Shown piece after piece: positions 50,631 to 61,085 of a stretch of DNA of 64,000 nucleotides. Source of the DNA: Blastocladiella emersonii ATCC 22665 (taxonomy: Eukaryota > Fungi > Blastocladiomycota); contig JANHCV010000004.1 in NCBI GenBank assembly GCA_025594325.1, forward strand, positions 1-64,000. The letters run 5' to 3'. The number at the start of each line of letters is the position of its first letter. The first letter of the stretch is position 1. The position numbers and the translations under genes were made by a program. The notes beneath the pieces are model-generated. The model searched no databases. It was given only the letters and a program-made list of their open reading frames with translations, and had not been told where the DNA came from.

Positions 50631-52533
50631 GACGACGAGGACGTGTACTGCGACGGCATCATGGCCATCCAGCGCATCGTCGAGGCCAAGCTCTACCGCT
50701 TCTGCCCCATCTCGCCGCACATGACCATGGAGGTACGTCCGTCGCGATCTGCTCCTCTCCTCTCCTCTCCTCTCCTCTCCTCTCCTCTCCTCTCCTCTCC
50801 TCTCCTCTCCTCTCCTCTCCTCTCCTCTCCTCTCCTCTCCGTCACATTGCCCTCTGCTCGCCCTTGTCCCTCGCCCCCCTTGTCCGCGACCTCGCCCCGT
50901 GAAACACGCCGCCCGACGCCGCCGCCGCCGCCGCCACTCGGCCTTGGCGCTCGTCTGGCCCTGGCTCCGCTTGCAAACCGCGTCGACGCCAACGCGCACC
51001 ACCGCTCATTGGCCAGCCGAGTGCCCTTGTTCCTGTTCCTGTTCCTCGGCGACCTCGGCCCGCGTGATTCTGATCCTCGCTGCACCCATCGTCCCTCCCC
51101 TCCGTCACGCGTTGAACGTTGAACGATCACTCACACCAACACCCTCCGCGCCCGCCGCGCCCGCCGCGCTGCAGTCCTACTTCCGCCACCGCTTCGCCCT
51201 CTCGCGTGCCCAGGTCTACCGCCACCTCAACTGCGCCACCGTCATCGCCGACCTGCTCGCCTGCCCGCCCGACGCTGGCCTCATCCTGCGCCCGCTCCCA
51301 CTGCGCCAGCGCGTCGCCAAGGCCCTCAAGGACCTCGCCACCACTCCCACAGCCCGCCAGCAGCTGTGGGCCGCCGTCCTCGCACAGCAGCCCTACGACA
51401 TCGAGGTCACCTCCACCGACGTGTTCCGCGCCGGCGCCGCTCACCGACCTCCTCGCCGCGTGCCTCGGCAGCGGCGCCCAGCTCGCCACCCTCGCCGTCG
51501 CCATGATCGCCTACTCGGCTGCCGACGCTGCGTACAAGGAGGTCGCCGATGGCGTCACCGCCGCCGGCTTCACCTACGCCGTCACGAGCGGCGTCAACGG
51601 CCCGTCAGCGCCGCATACTGCGCGCGGTATGTCGGCGGGTCGGGCACCGGCGGGAGCGGCGCGCGGCGGCAGTGGTGGGTGCGCCAGGCCCTGCTGAGCG
51701 AGGCACTCGTCCCGGCCGCGAGCTGCGCCGTGTTCTTTGCCGTCAACCTCATGGCCATCGCGACGCACTCGGCGCGCGCCATCCCGTTCGCGTACATGGT
51801 CAGCCTCGCCGCCATTTTCGTGCTCCTCGTCGTCCCGCTGACCGTGATCGGCGCCGCCGTCGGCCTACACTATCTCAGCGGCGCGCGCGTGTCGCTGTCG
51901 ATGCTGGGCGCGTCGTCAACCACGCTCGCGGGCATGGCGGGCGCCGCCATGGCCGGGTTCCCATGCCGCGTCAACCCGATCCCGCGGCCGATCCCAGACC
52001 GCACCTGGCACACGCACCCGTGGGTGCTGGTCCTGGCGGGCGGCGTGCTGCCGTTCGCGAGCATCTTCATCGAGCAGTACTTCCTCCTCACGGCCGTGTT
52101 CGGGTACCGCGGGCGGCGCCGCCTACTACTCCATCTACGGGCGGCTCGCCCTCGCGCTCGTCCTGGTCCTCGCCTCGTGCGCGTGCTGCTCGACCGTCGT
52201 CGCGTACGTCCTGCTCAACGCCGAGGACCACCGCTGGCGCTGGGCCAGCTTCTGTGCGTCCGCGTCCGCGTCCGCGTCCGCGTCCACGGCAGCGTACATG
52301 TTCGTGTACGCGGCGTACTACTACGCGTTCAAGTCGCAGATGCACGGCCTGTTCAGACCGTCCTCTACTTTGGATACACGCTCGCCGCGTGCGGGTGCAT
52401 GGCCGTCCTGCTCGGGACCGTGGGCCACCTCGCGGCCATGGCGTTTGTCCTCAAGCTGTACCGAAAATACAAACCGGACAGTGATTGCCCAGCCGTTGAG
52501 GAGGGTAAGGAAAGCGAGCGAGCGAGCTGCTGA
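50358..52533 (+). CDS. Putative chimeric gene: regulator N-terminal domain fused to TM9SF-derived membrane segments (exons 50358-50732 and 51175-52533, 577 aa)
   Basis: It inherits the ATG, the GTACGT..CTGCAG intron and an upstream TATATATA from the donor. Exon 2 is in frame with the stop-free ORF 50899..52533. Confidence 0.5.
50752..50840. repeat. Intronic (CTCCT)n microsatellite, ~18 units; ~12 units in the donor (59405-59463)
   Basis: Units counted directly from the sequence. Confidence 0.97.
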
Positions 52534-52699
52534 GGGCACGCGACTGAAACGAAAGGCTCCCAGTGGGAGGGAGCATGAAGCCGAGTGCAAGAGTCGCGAA
52601 CAGGCTGGATCGGTGAAAGTCTAATGTATTGGTCTGAGTGAGGAGGGGAGGAGGGAGACGCGCGGCCGGGATGACAAGCCGAACCGCGTGCCTTGCGGA

Positions 52700-53100
52700 G
52701 GACGAGGAAGCCGACCGGGACGGGTCCTGCATGCGCTGTGGCCGCGCGACACGCCCACCCCACGTCAAACTCGACGCGGCGACCGAGGTCGGTCGCGGAG
52801 CGCGGGGTGGGCGAGTCGTATACGCGAGCGGATGGCGACACGGTCTTGTCGATGCCGACGGTTACCCGAGGTGCGTGAACCATGGTCGCGCGACAGGCCC
52901 GCCCCACGTTGAACTCGACGCGGCGACCGAAGCCGGCCGCGGAGCGCGGGGTGGGCGAGCCGTATACGCGAGCGGATGCCGACGCGGACTTGAGCTTGTT
53001 GACGAGGACCGGAGCTGCATTGCACTGTGGTCGCGCGACACGCCCACCCCACGTTGAACTCGACGCGGCGACCGAAGCCGGCCGCGGAGCGTAGGGCGAA
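52700..53100. repeat. ~144-bp tandem repeat, about 2.7 diverged copies
   Basis: GCGCGAC..CCCCACGT..AACTCGACGCGGCGACCGA recurs at 52744, 52888 and 53033. Confidence 0.88.
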
Positions 53101-53345
53101 CGAGTCGTGCACGCGGGCGCATGGCGATGCGGGGCTGATGTTCTGGTGGTGGTCGGCGAGGCCGTCGAGAGGGTACGAGCGGAGGAGAGAGAGGTAAAGT
53201 TGTCGTGAGGGTTGTTGTTGGTGGTGGCAAAGGGTGATAGAAGTTGGTGGGAGGGGCGGGAGGAACGGGTGCTGGCCGGCGCGGGCCAGCCGAGCGCGAG
53301 GTCGAGGGTCCCGTACTTGGCCTGGCCTCGTCGGGGTCGTTATCC

Positions 53346-55923
53346 TCAGCGGCCAAAGCCGGGGGCGGCAGCGCCCGAGTTCATGCGGCGCAGCTTACCG
53401 TTGGCAATGAGCTTCTGGAGGTCCGCCTTGGGCGCCGAAGCTTTCTGCTTGCCCTTGGGCTTGGAGGGGTAGCCGGTGGTCGACTTGTAGCCGTTGGCCG
53501 GCGCCGAGGTGATGGTGAGCGTGATGGTGGAGGTCGGCGGCGAGTACATGCTCATCGGCGCGGACGCGGCCAGCGGCGAGGGCGTGACGGGCAGGAACCG
53601 CGCGGCCGGCACAGGAGCGGGCGTTGGGGGCACCACCCGGCTCCGTTGCACCGCCTTCTGCTTGTGCTGGCGGCGACGAAAGACGAGGTGGGCCGTCGAC
53701 TTGAAGGTGTCCGAGGCCAGCAGCCCGGTCCGGAACCCGGACAGCTTGGAGGACTGGGCGCGGCCGACCTTGTTGCCGCCGCCGAGCGCCGACCGCATCG
53801 CCTTGACCGACTTGCCGAGCAGGTGCTGCTTGCGGATGTCGGCCCAGAGCGCCGCCTTCTTGTCGTTGCGTGACTTGGCCGCGCGCCGCAGCTGGTTCTT
53901 GTTCTCCTTCTTGAGCGGGTAGCTGCGCTTGGGCAGGGCCGGCGCGGCCCACACGGCGGCGACGTGGTCGTCGGCGAGGTCGAGCGACGACTTGATCACG
54001 TAGTCGTCCTCGATCTCCGTCTTGTCCTCCTCGAGCTGGTACTGGGCGGCCTGCGTGTCGGCCACGACATGGAGTGGAGCGGCACATTCTAGGTGGTGGA
54101 GGACGTCAGCTTTGTGCGGGCGAGAGAGTTGGCAGTGAGAAGGCGTAGCGTACCAGCATGGGGAGGGCGGCAGTCGTCAAAAGCGGTCGAGCGGTCGACG
54201 ATGGCCGACGACGTCTTGCGGGTCACCAAGTCAGTCGGGCGGTCGCGCGGGCGCTCGTTAGCGCCGGCAGAACGCGGACCCGTCGTCAGCGCAAAGGAAA
54301 GAGACGAGATCGTGAACGCGGCGTCGCGGGCCGCACGGCGCTGTTCCACAGTTGCGACAACGCAGTACGGCTTGTCGCCGGGGTGATGGCGAGGCCCGCC
54401 GAGGCCGGGACGGGGCGCGCGCGTCGAGCAGGACGGGCGCCGTCTCACGGTGCATGGCGTTGGTCAGCGCGGGCGCGGACTCGAGGACGACAGCCGTACT
54501 ACTGGTCGAGGCCATGGCGGCGACGTCGTACTGCGGGGCGGGCGCGTGCACGACCTCGGGGATCACGGCCGGCGAAGCAGGCGCAGCGACGGCAGGCTCG
54601 GACGGCTCGGCGGCAGGCTCGGACGGCTCGGCGGGCGACACAGTGCCGCGGTACACGACCTCAGGGATCATGGCGGGCGAGGCAGGTGCAGCGACGACGG
54701 GCTCGCACGACTCGGCAGGCGACACAGGGCCAATGACCAGCACTGACTCGAGCGTCTCGGCGTACTCGGCGGGCTGGATGACGGCGGGAGACGTACTGGA
54801 GGTGGTCTCGACGAGGATGGCCGAGTCTGCGCGCACGAGCTTAGGCGCGACGACGGGCGCGAGGGCGGGCACGTCAGCGAGCTGCTCCGTGGCGCGAACC
54901 ACCGAGGGCGACGACAGGACGAGGCTTACGTCGGTCGTGGCGCGCGCGGCGCCGTCAGCAGCGAGCAGCGACTTGGTGGGGGTAGGGACGGCGATCACCG
55001 TGACGGGGGCCGAGGTAGTAGCGCGTTCCAAGGAGCGCGAAGAGGCGGCCGCCGAGGGCGGCGAGTAAGGGGGGAGAGGCGTGGTAGGGGTGGTGGTGTT
55101 GGTAGTCGTCGGTGCCAGCGCCGGCGCCTTGGGCGACGTGGACGAGTGGTACCGGTAGTGGATAAAGTCGCTGGACTTGCCCGAGCGGGTCTCGTCGACC
55201 GTCTCGGCGGGCATCGGAGACATGGTCGACAGGATGGGCGCGCAGACCTCCGGACGCGAGCGGGCCGTAGCCGCGGCGCGGGCAGCGGACTCCAGCGGGA
55301 GGGCAGCGGTCGGGTGCGACGAGACGGGCGGGCCGAGGTAGAACGGGGACGTGGCCTTGGTCTTGGCGGGCACGACAGCGGGCTTGAGCGCGGTCGCGCA
55401 CAGCTTGGCCTCGGTCTCGTACGAGTACGAGTCGACGAAGAGGTCATAGGCGACGTGGTTGACCGAGTCGGTGCGGGCCGTGATCAGGGTGTCGAGGGTG
55501 AGGGCCATGAGGATGACGAGTTGCGGGCCGAGCGTGGTGGCGGCGAAGCAGCGCAGCTTGGACACGTCGTGGCGGAACTCGAGCCACATGGACGTGACCG
55601 AGACGGGCGCGGGGATGGGACAGCCCGAGAAATGGATCTGCAGGTGATGAGAGGGAGAGCAGCGGTCAGCGGAGTACTCGATCCAGCGGTCGGCTGCAGA
55701 GGCGTACCGAGACGGCGTCGATGAAGGTGAGCGTGTTCTTGAGCGCGACGTAGGACGAGAAGGCGGCGACGAGCAGGGTTGGGATGGCCATGACGATGGC
55801 GAGCAGCAGGGGCATGGCCCAGAGGAGGCGGAGGGCGACGTAGCCCGAGACGAGCGCGAGGAAGGCGATGACGAGAAGGTGGCGGACCCGGCCGTCACAG
55901 TTGTTGGCGGTGGGGAGGGACAT
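53346..55923 (-). pseudogene. Lineage-specific membrane-anchored Ala/Pro/Thr-rich gene with apparent 1-bp frameshift(s); pseudogene or assembly error
   Basis: ATG 55923 opens two hydrophobic helices, codons are GC3-biased, and there are canonical introns (for example GTACGC..GCTGAC..CCTAG near 54090-54150). The frame breaks near 54420 and possibly near 53365. Confidence 0.55.
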
Positions 55924-57672
55924 GGTGGGTGGTGGGTGGAGGAGTAGGAGTTCCGGTCGTCGCGATGGCTACGCGTCGATGGCCGAGGCAGTCAGTGAAC
56001 GTTGTCGGTAAGGAGGGGCGGGTGAGGCGGGCGCGTACCTTCAGGATCGAGGCACGGAGCGTGAGGAAGCGGGAGGAGGGAGGGTGGCGAGGGTGCGCGC
56101 GGGCTTTGTAGGGGGAGCCTTGGGCGACGGGCGGCAGTCAGCGATGCAGGTGCGGAGCAAAAAGTAGCAGGGCAGCGGCGACGTGAAGAGGACGCGTCGC
56201 CGTTCGGCGCGAGAGACAAGGGCGCGCGCGACGCGTCGCGGTCGACACGCGTGATGTGGCACGGCGCGACACATGTGTGCGTGGCGGCCGGGCGGGTGGC
56301 AGCCGCGCGCGCGCCGTGTTCGCGGGAGCGAGGCACGCGGGCGGGCAGGTGCCGGTCTCATTTTCGGCGCGGGTGAAGGTGGGCGAGGAAGAAGAAGGCG
56401 GCGGCGGAGGGAGACGCGATCGCGACGTGATCGAGCCGAGACGATGGCGGTGCACGCCAGCGCGAACGGCCACGCGCGTCGCGGCGGCGGGCGCGGGAGG
56501 GGGATACGGCGCGCGCGAGTGCCGAGTTCCGCACCGCATCTCCCTCGCGCCGAGGTGCAGGAGACACGTACAGCACGGCGAGCCGCGGTCGGTGATCGCA
56601 AGGATGATGATGGCGGCGAGCGTGTCTCGGGCGGCGGTGGCGGTGATGTCCGACGGCAGCGAGGGTGCGGGCGTGTAGCGTCGGCCGTGGCGGTGACGGT
56701 GACGGTGCCGTGTCGCAGTTGGGCGTTCTGTCGGCGATGATGGCGGCGCCGTCGCGTCGTCCCGAAGGGGGACCGTGCGTCTCCCGCGATGGCGGCTGCC
56801 GCTGCGACGCGATCGTCGGTCGCGAGGTCTCGGAGGTGTGGGCGAGCGCGTGCGGGTAGATGGGCGTGAACCTCGAGCGCCGTGTCTCACGCACGCAGAG
56901 CGGTGACGGCGGTGATGAGGGTCCGTCAGGGTGACGTGTCCGGGACGTCCCCCACCCACCGCGGTCCCGCCGCTTCCCGGGCCAGAGTCCGCGACCGGCT
57001 GAGCCTCCTACTGCATCGAGTGTTCCATCACGAGCGATCCCAGCCAGATCGGAAAACGAGCAGAGTCGGGCCGCGTGGGGAAAGCGAGAAGGGAAGCGTG
57101 AGTTTCGGCCTCACGTGACAAAGTGTCTCGAAAGACGCGTCGCGCGGCTCGCCGACCGACTCGCCGACCAACGGCGCGATGCCGGCCTGCGTCCACGCTA
57201 GAACCATGATTTAAGTGCTCCCTCGATCATCATTTCGGCTGGACCAGGTCGTTTGCACGCGGATCGAGGCAAGTACGGCGGCGGCAAACTCGCGCCAGAG
57301 CGAGCTGAAGCTTGGCGCGGTCTCGGCCTCGGCCTGCTGCAAACGGTGGTAATCCGCGTCCACGCCCGTGAGCTACAATAATACGGCGTCCAAGCTGAGC
57401 CGCACTACCGTGTTGAGAGAGAGTCCAGTTGAGTTTGAGTGGAGGGTATTTGCCTGTATTGGGGTTGTTGGGCAGTCCGTGGAGGGAACTGATCACGTAG
57501 TAGGAGGAGGGAGAGGTATGCACATGGAGGAGGGAGGGTCGGTGAGGCCGCGCCCAGGCCGGAAAGCGGAGCGATGGATAGAGCAAAAGCGAGGTTAAGG
57601 GGGTACAGCAAGGCAGGCAGGCAAAGTCGGGGATGGGTTACAGTATCAGGGCCGGGCTTGGCCTCGGACGGC

Positions 57673-59584
57673 TCAGTAGGGCACGGTGGCGAAGCGCGGC
57701 GAGTGCGCGGCCGAGGGGCGGGGCGAGGTCGCCGGCGGCAGCGGGACTGGGCACGTCTCGGACGCGAGCTGGCCAGCAGCCACGTCGGCGAGGGCAAACA
57801 GCGAGCGGATGGGCGGCAGCTGGCACGACCAGTCGCTGTCCATGGCCGCGGCAGCAGCGGCCGCCGCGGACGCGGACGCGGACATGGCCGAGCCCGAGCC
57901 CGACGAGGTGCTGAGCGCACGGTGGTATCGGGAGCTCGTGGTGTAGGCGACGGGTGCGGGTGCCGGCATCGGCGGCGCGTGGTGGAACTGGTAGAGGGTG
58001 CCGGGGTACTCCGAGTGCGCGTGCGACTGCGGGGCCGGGGCCGTGTGGAAGCAGGTGGCCATGGTCGAGGGCGGCGAGGGTGGGGGCGGAAGGGCGACCG
58101 AGGCAAAGGCGGGCTGACGCGGGTGGCCGGCGGCAAAGGAGACGGGCGCGGGCGGCGGCGACGCGTTGGGCGACAGGAGCATGAGCGAGGCGGCGGCCGC
58201 GGCCACAGCGAGGGCCTCGGCCGAGTGGGTCGATGTCGAGCGGCCGGAGCTGGTCATGGTCGGGGTGGTCGCGGCGGATCCGACGCGGGTGGGCGGGGCG
58301 ACGGCCGTGGAGAAGGTGCGCGAGTATGGGTGGTTGCGCTGGTTGGAGGAGCGGGTGGACTTGCTCGTGGTGCGCGACGACTTTGGCTGGGACGGCAGCT
58401 GGTGCTGCAGCGGCAGGATCGGGGCGTGGACGAGGTCGACCGAGGGCGACGGGTAGCACAGGTCGAGGTCCGAGTGGTACGGCGACTGGAGCTGGGGCTG
58501 GGGCTGAGGCAGCGGGAGGTAGGAGGTGGCGGCGGCCAGTGTGGAGGAGGCGGAGGCAGCCGTCGCGGCGGCGCCCGTGTTCGCGGAGGTGGCGGCGGCG
58601 AGCGCGAGCAGGGGGCTGCCGGGCGCGGTGGCAGGACACGACGAGGGCGGGGAGATGGGGCTCGTCGAGAGCGCGTTGGCCGAGGCCGAGGCGAAAGAGG
58701 ACGGGCCCGAGGGCAGCGGGGAGGGGGAGCGCGAGATCGAGGCCGCGGTGGACGCCGCGTCGTCGGCAGCAGCGGGCGAGGCGGACTGGTCGGGTGCGGC
58801 GAGGGCGGCGCCGGCGCGGAACACGTCGGTGGAGGTGACCTCGATGTCGTAGGGCTGCTGTGCGAGGACGGCGGCCCACAGCTGCTGGCGGGCTGTGGGA
58901 GTGGTGGCGAGGTCCTTGAGGGCCTTGGCGACGCGCTGGCGCAGTGGGAGCGGGCGCAGGATGAGGCCAGCGTCGGGCGGGCAGGCGAGCAGGTCGGCGA
59001 TGACGGTGGCGCAGTTGAGGTGGCGGTAGACCTGGGCACGCGAGAGGGCGAAGCGGTGGCGGAAGTAGGACTGCAGCGCGGCGGGCGCGGCGGGCGCGGA
59101 GGGTGTTGGTGTGAGTGATCGTTCAACGTTCAACGCGTGACGGAGGGGAGGGACGATGGGTGCAGCGAGGATCAGAATCACGCGGGCCGAGGTCGCCGAG
59201 GAACAGGAACAGGAACAAGGGCACTCGGCTGGCCAATGAGCGGTGGTGCGCGTTGGCGTCGACGCGGTTTGCAAGCGGAGCCAGGGCCAGACGAGCGCCA
59301 AGGCCGAGTGGCGGCGGCGGCGGCGGCGTCGGGCGGCGTGTTTCACGGGGCGAGGTCGCGGACAAGGGGGGCGAGGGACAAGGGCGAGCAGAGGGCAATG
59401 TGACGGAGAGGAGAGGAGAGGAGAGGAGAGGAGAGGAGAGGAGAGGAGAGGAGAGGAGAGGAGCAGATCGCGACGGACGTACCTCCATGGTCATGTGCGG
59501 CGAGATGGGGCAGAAGCGGTAGAGCTTGGCCTCGACGATGCGCTGGATGGCCATGATGCCGTCGCAGTACACGTCCTCGTCGTC

Positions 59585-59625
<41 letters not shown>

Positions 59626-59857
59626 GGTCGTCGTGCGAGTGGTCGGGCCCGGGCGCGGGCGCGGCGCCCTCGGAGCGGTCGAGCCCAGACGACGCCGATG
59701 CGGATGCGGACGCGGACGCGTCGCACACCAGGCACGGGGCGGGGCGGCGCGGGATGGCGGGCGGGACCGAGCGGCCCTGCTGGGTGATGGCCAGGAACCG
59801 GTCGATGGCGGCCTCGCTGGCGGCGAGCGTCGCGGCGGTGGTCGAGGGCATGGCCAT
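57673..59857 (-). CDS. Putative transcription regulator: conserved 'SRAQVYR' helical domain, low-complexity region and C-terminal LPPIRSL motif (2 exons)
   Basis: Spliced domain YCDGIMAIQRIVEAKLYRFCPISPHMTME|SYFRHRFALSRAQVYRHLNCATVIADL...RQRVAKALKDL..RQQLWAAVL. The long S/P/A-rich tail ends QLPPIRSLFAL. Confidence 0.75.
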
Positions 59858-60634
59858 GGTTTACGGGAGTCGCTGGTGGATGATGGAGCGGGTGATGATG
59901 GTGGACGCGATCGGACGGAGGTGGTGGAGCGGTGGTGCGGGTGGTGGCGAATCGGAGAGAGAGCGGGCGCGGCGGGCGAGTATATATAGGGAGGGGCGGG
60001 CCGCGAGGGCGGCGGGCGAGCGTGAGGGCGGGTGCGGGTGCGGGTGCGCGTGTGCGTGCGGGTCCGGGGCGCGCGTCGCGCGGGTGCGCGGTGCTGCCCG
60101 TGGAGGGAGGGAAGCGTGTCAGAGCGCGCCCCATATTGGCGGGGGTGCCTGGCGCGCGCAGAGTGGCGCCGTGCGCGCGTCTGCGCGTCCGCGCGCCGTC
60201 GTGTGGCGGCCGCTTCGTCCGCGCTTCGCCGTCGCCTTCGTCCGTCTCTGCCCGACGCGCCACGCAGCGCATCGGCCCCGCGCACATCCCCCTCACCTCA
60301 TGGAGCGCACCGCGCCCCGCCCCGCCTTGCCCGTCGATCCCGGTCCGCCGCGCCGCGCCCGCGGTCGCGCTCGCGCTCGCCCTTTGTCGGCCGCCTGCTG
60401 AAACGGCCGTGTCCTGCCGCGCGAACACGCCGACGCGCGACGACGGGGCCTTGTTCTCTCGCCCGCGGTGCCTCGCGCGCGAGGGCCGCCCGCTTGGCTC
60501 CAGACACCGCGCCCGCCGCCGCGCCCGCCGCCGCGCCCGCCGCGGCACACGGGCCGCACGCCCGGTCACGGCTCGCCACTTGCCGGGTCGCTTGCCTGCA
60601 TGATCAGCGCCGCAACGTGTCGGCCCGGCCGCCC
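58805..60634 (-). repeat. Donor copy of the inverted duplication (promoter, exon 1, intron 1 and start of exon 2 of the regulator gene)
   Basis: Reverse complement of 49506-51440. The gene here continues intact to 57673. Confidence 0.97.
59981..59988 (-). promoter_or_regulatory. TATA-box candidate of the intact regulator gene
   Basis: TATATATA ~130 bp upstream of ATG 59857. Confidence 0.6.
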
Positions 60635-61085
60635 GTTTCACGGCACCGGGGGCGGACCGCCTCGCTCCAGCGGACGCGCCCGGTCCAGACCCTTGGGGAC
60701 CAGCTGCCTCCGTGGTCGGGACCCGCACGGCGTGTGCACTGGCTGTCGGCGCCTCCGCGCCTCCTCGCCGCGGCCGACCGGTGCCCGCGCGCGCCTCGGC
60801 CTGCATCGGCGACCCCGTTCTCCCTCATCACTTCCATCCCGCACGCACGCCGGTCACCGGGTTCCCACCGCCGCGTGCGCGTCCATGCCTGCGGACACGC
60901 CTCGCGCTTGAATTTGCATCGCTTGCCCTCCCCGACTTCCGCCGCGCCGTGACGCGCGTCCGTGGCCGCGGCCGCGATCGCCGCGGTCGCCGTCACTGAG
61001 AGAGGCTGATCGCGCCGGCCATGAACGAGAGATGATCACCTATTGAATGAATATATATCGTGCAAGTATTATGGCAAACTCTGCT

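Larger units (their letters stand above)
49506..51440 (+). repeat. Inverted segmental duplicate of 58805-60634
   Basis: The ORF track gives identical translations on opposite strands. The length difference (1935 vs 1830 bp) is fully explained by +75 bp in a 12-mer array and +30 bp in a CTCCT array. Confidence 0.97.
49268..52533 (+). pseudogene. TM9SF/EMP70 (TM9SF3-like) gene remnant interrupted by a ~1.95-kb insertion (49491-51440) and carrying about 3 frameshifts
   Basis: RSLRRDFARYD..GWRQVHADVFRAPP (to 49490) resumes as LTDLLAACLGSGAQL (51441), then FPCRVNPIPRPIP, GGVLPFASIFIE, LNAEDHRWRW and QTVLYFGY in shifting frames. No lumenal domain or start is recognisable. Confidence 0.85.

Noticed and set aside
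49491-51440. The insertion could be spliced out as an intron (it begins with GT)
   Set aside because: It ends in ..GCCGC, not AG, and no nearby AG restores the TM9SF frame. Downstream frameshifts would remain.
49506-60634. Giant transposon with 1.9-kb terminal inverted repeats
   Set aside because: TM9SF coding sequence lies both outside the left repeat and inside it. The repeat is an ordinary gene's 5' half, and there is no transposase or true TSD.
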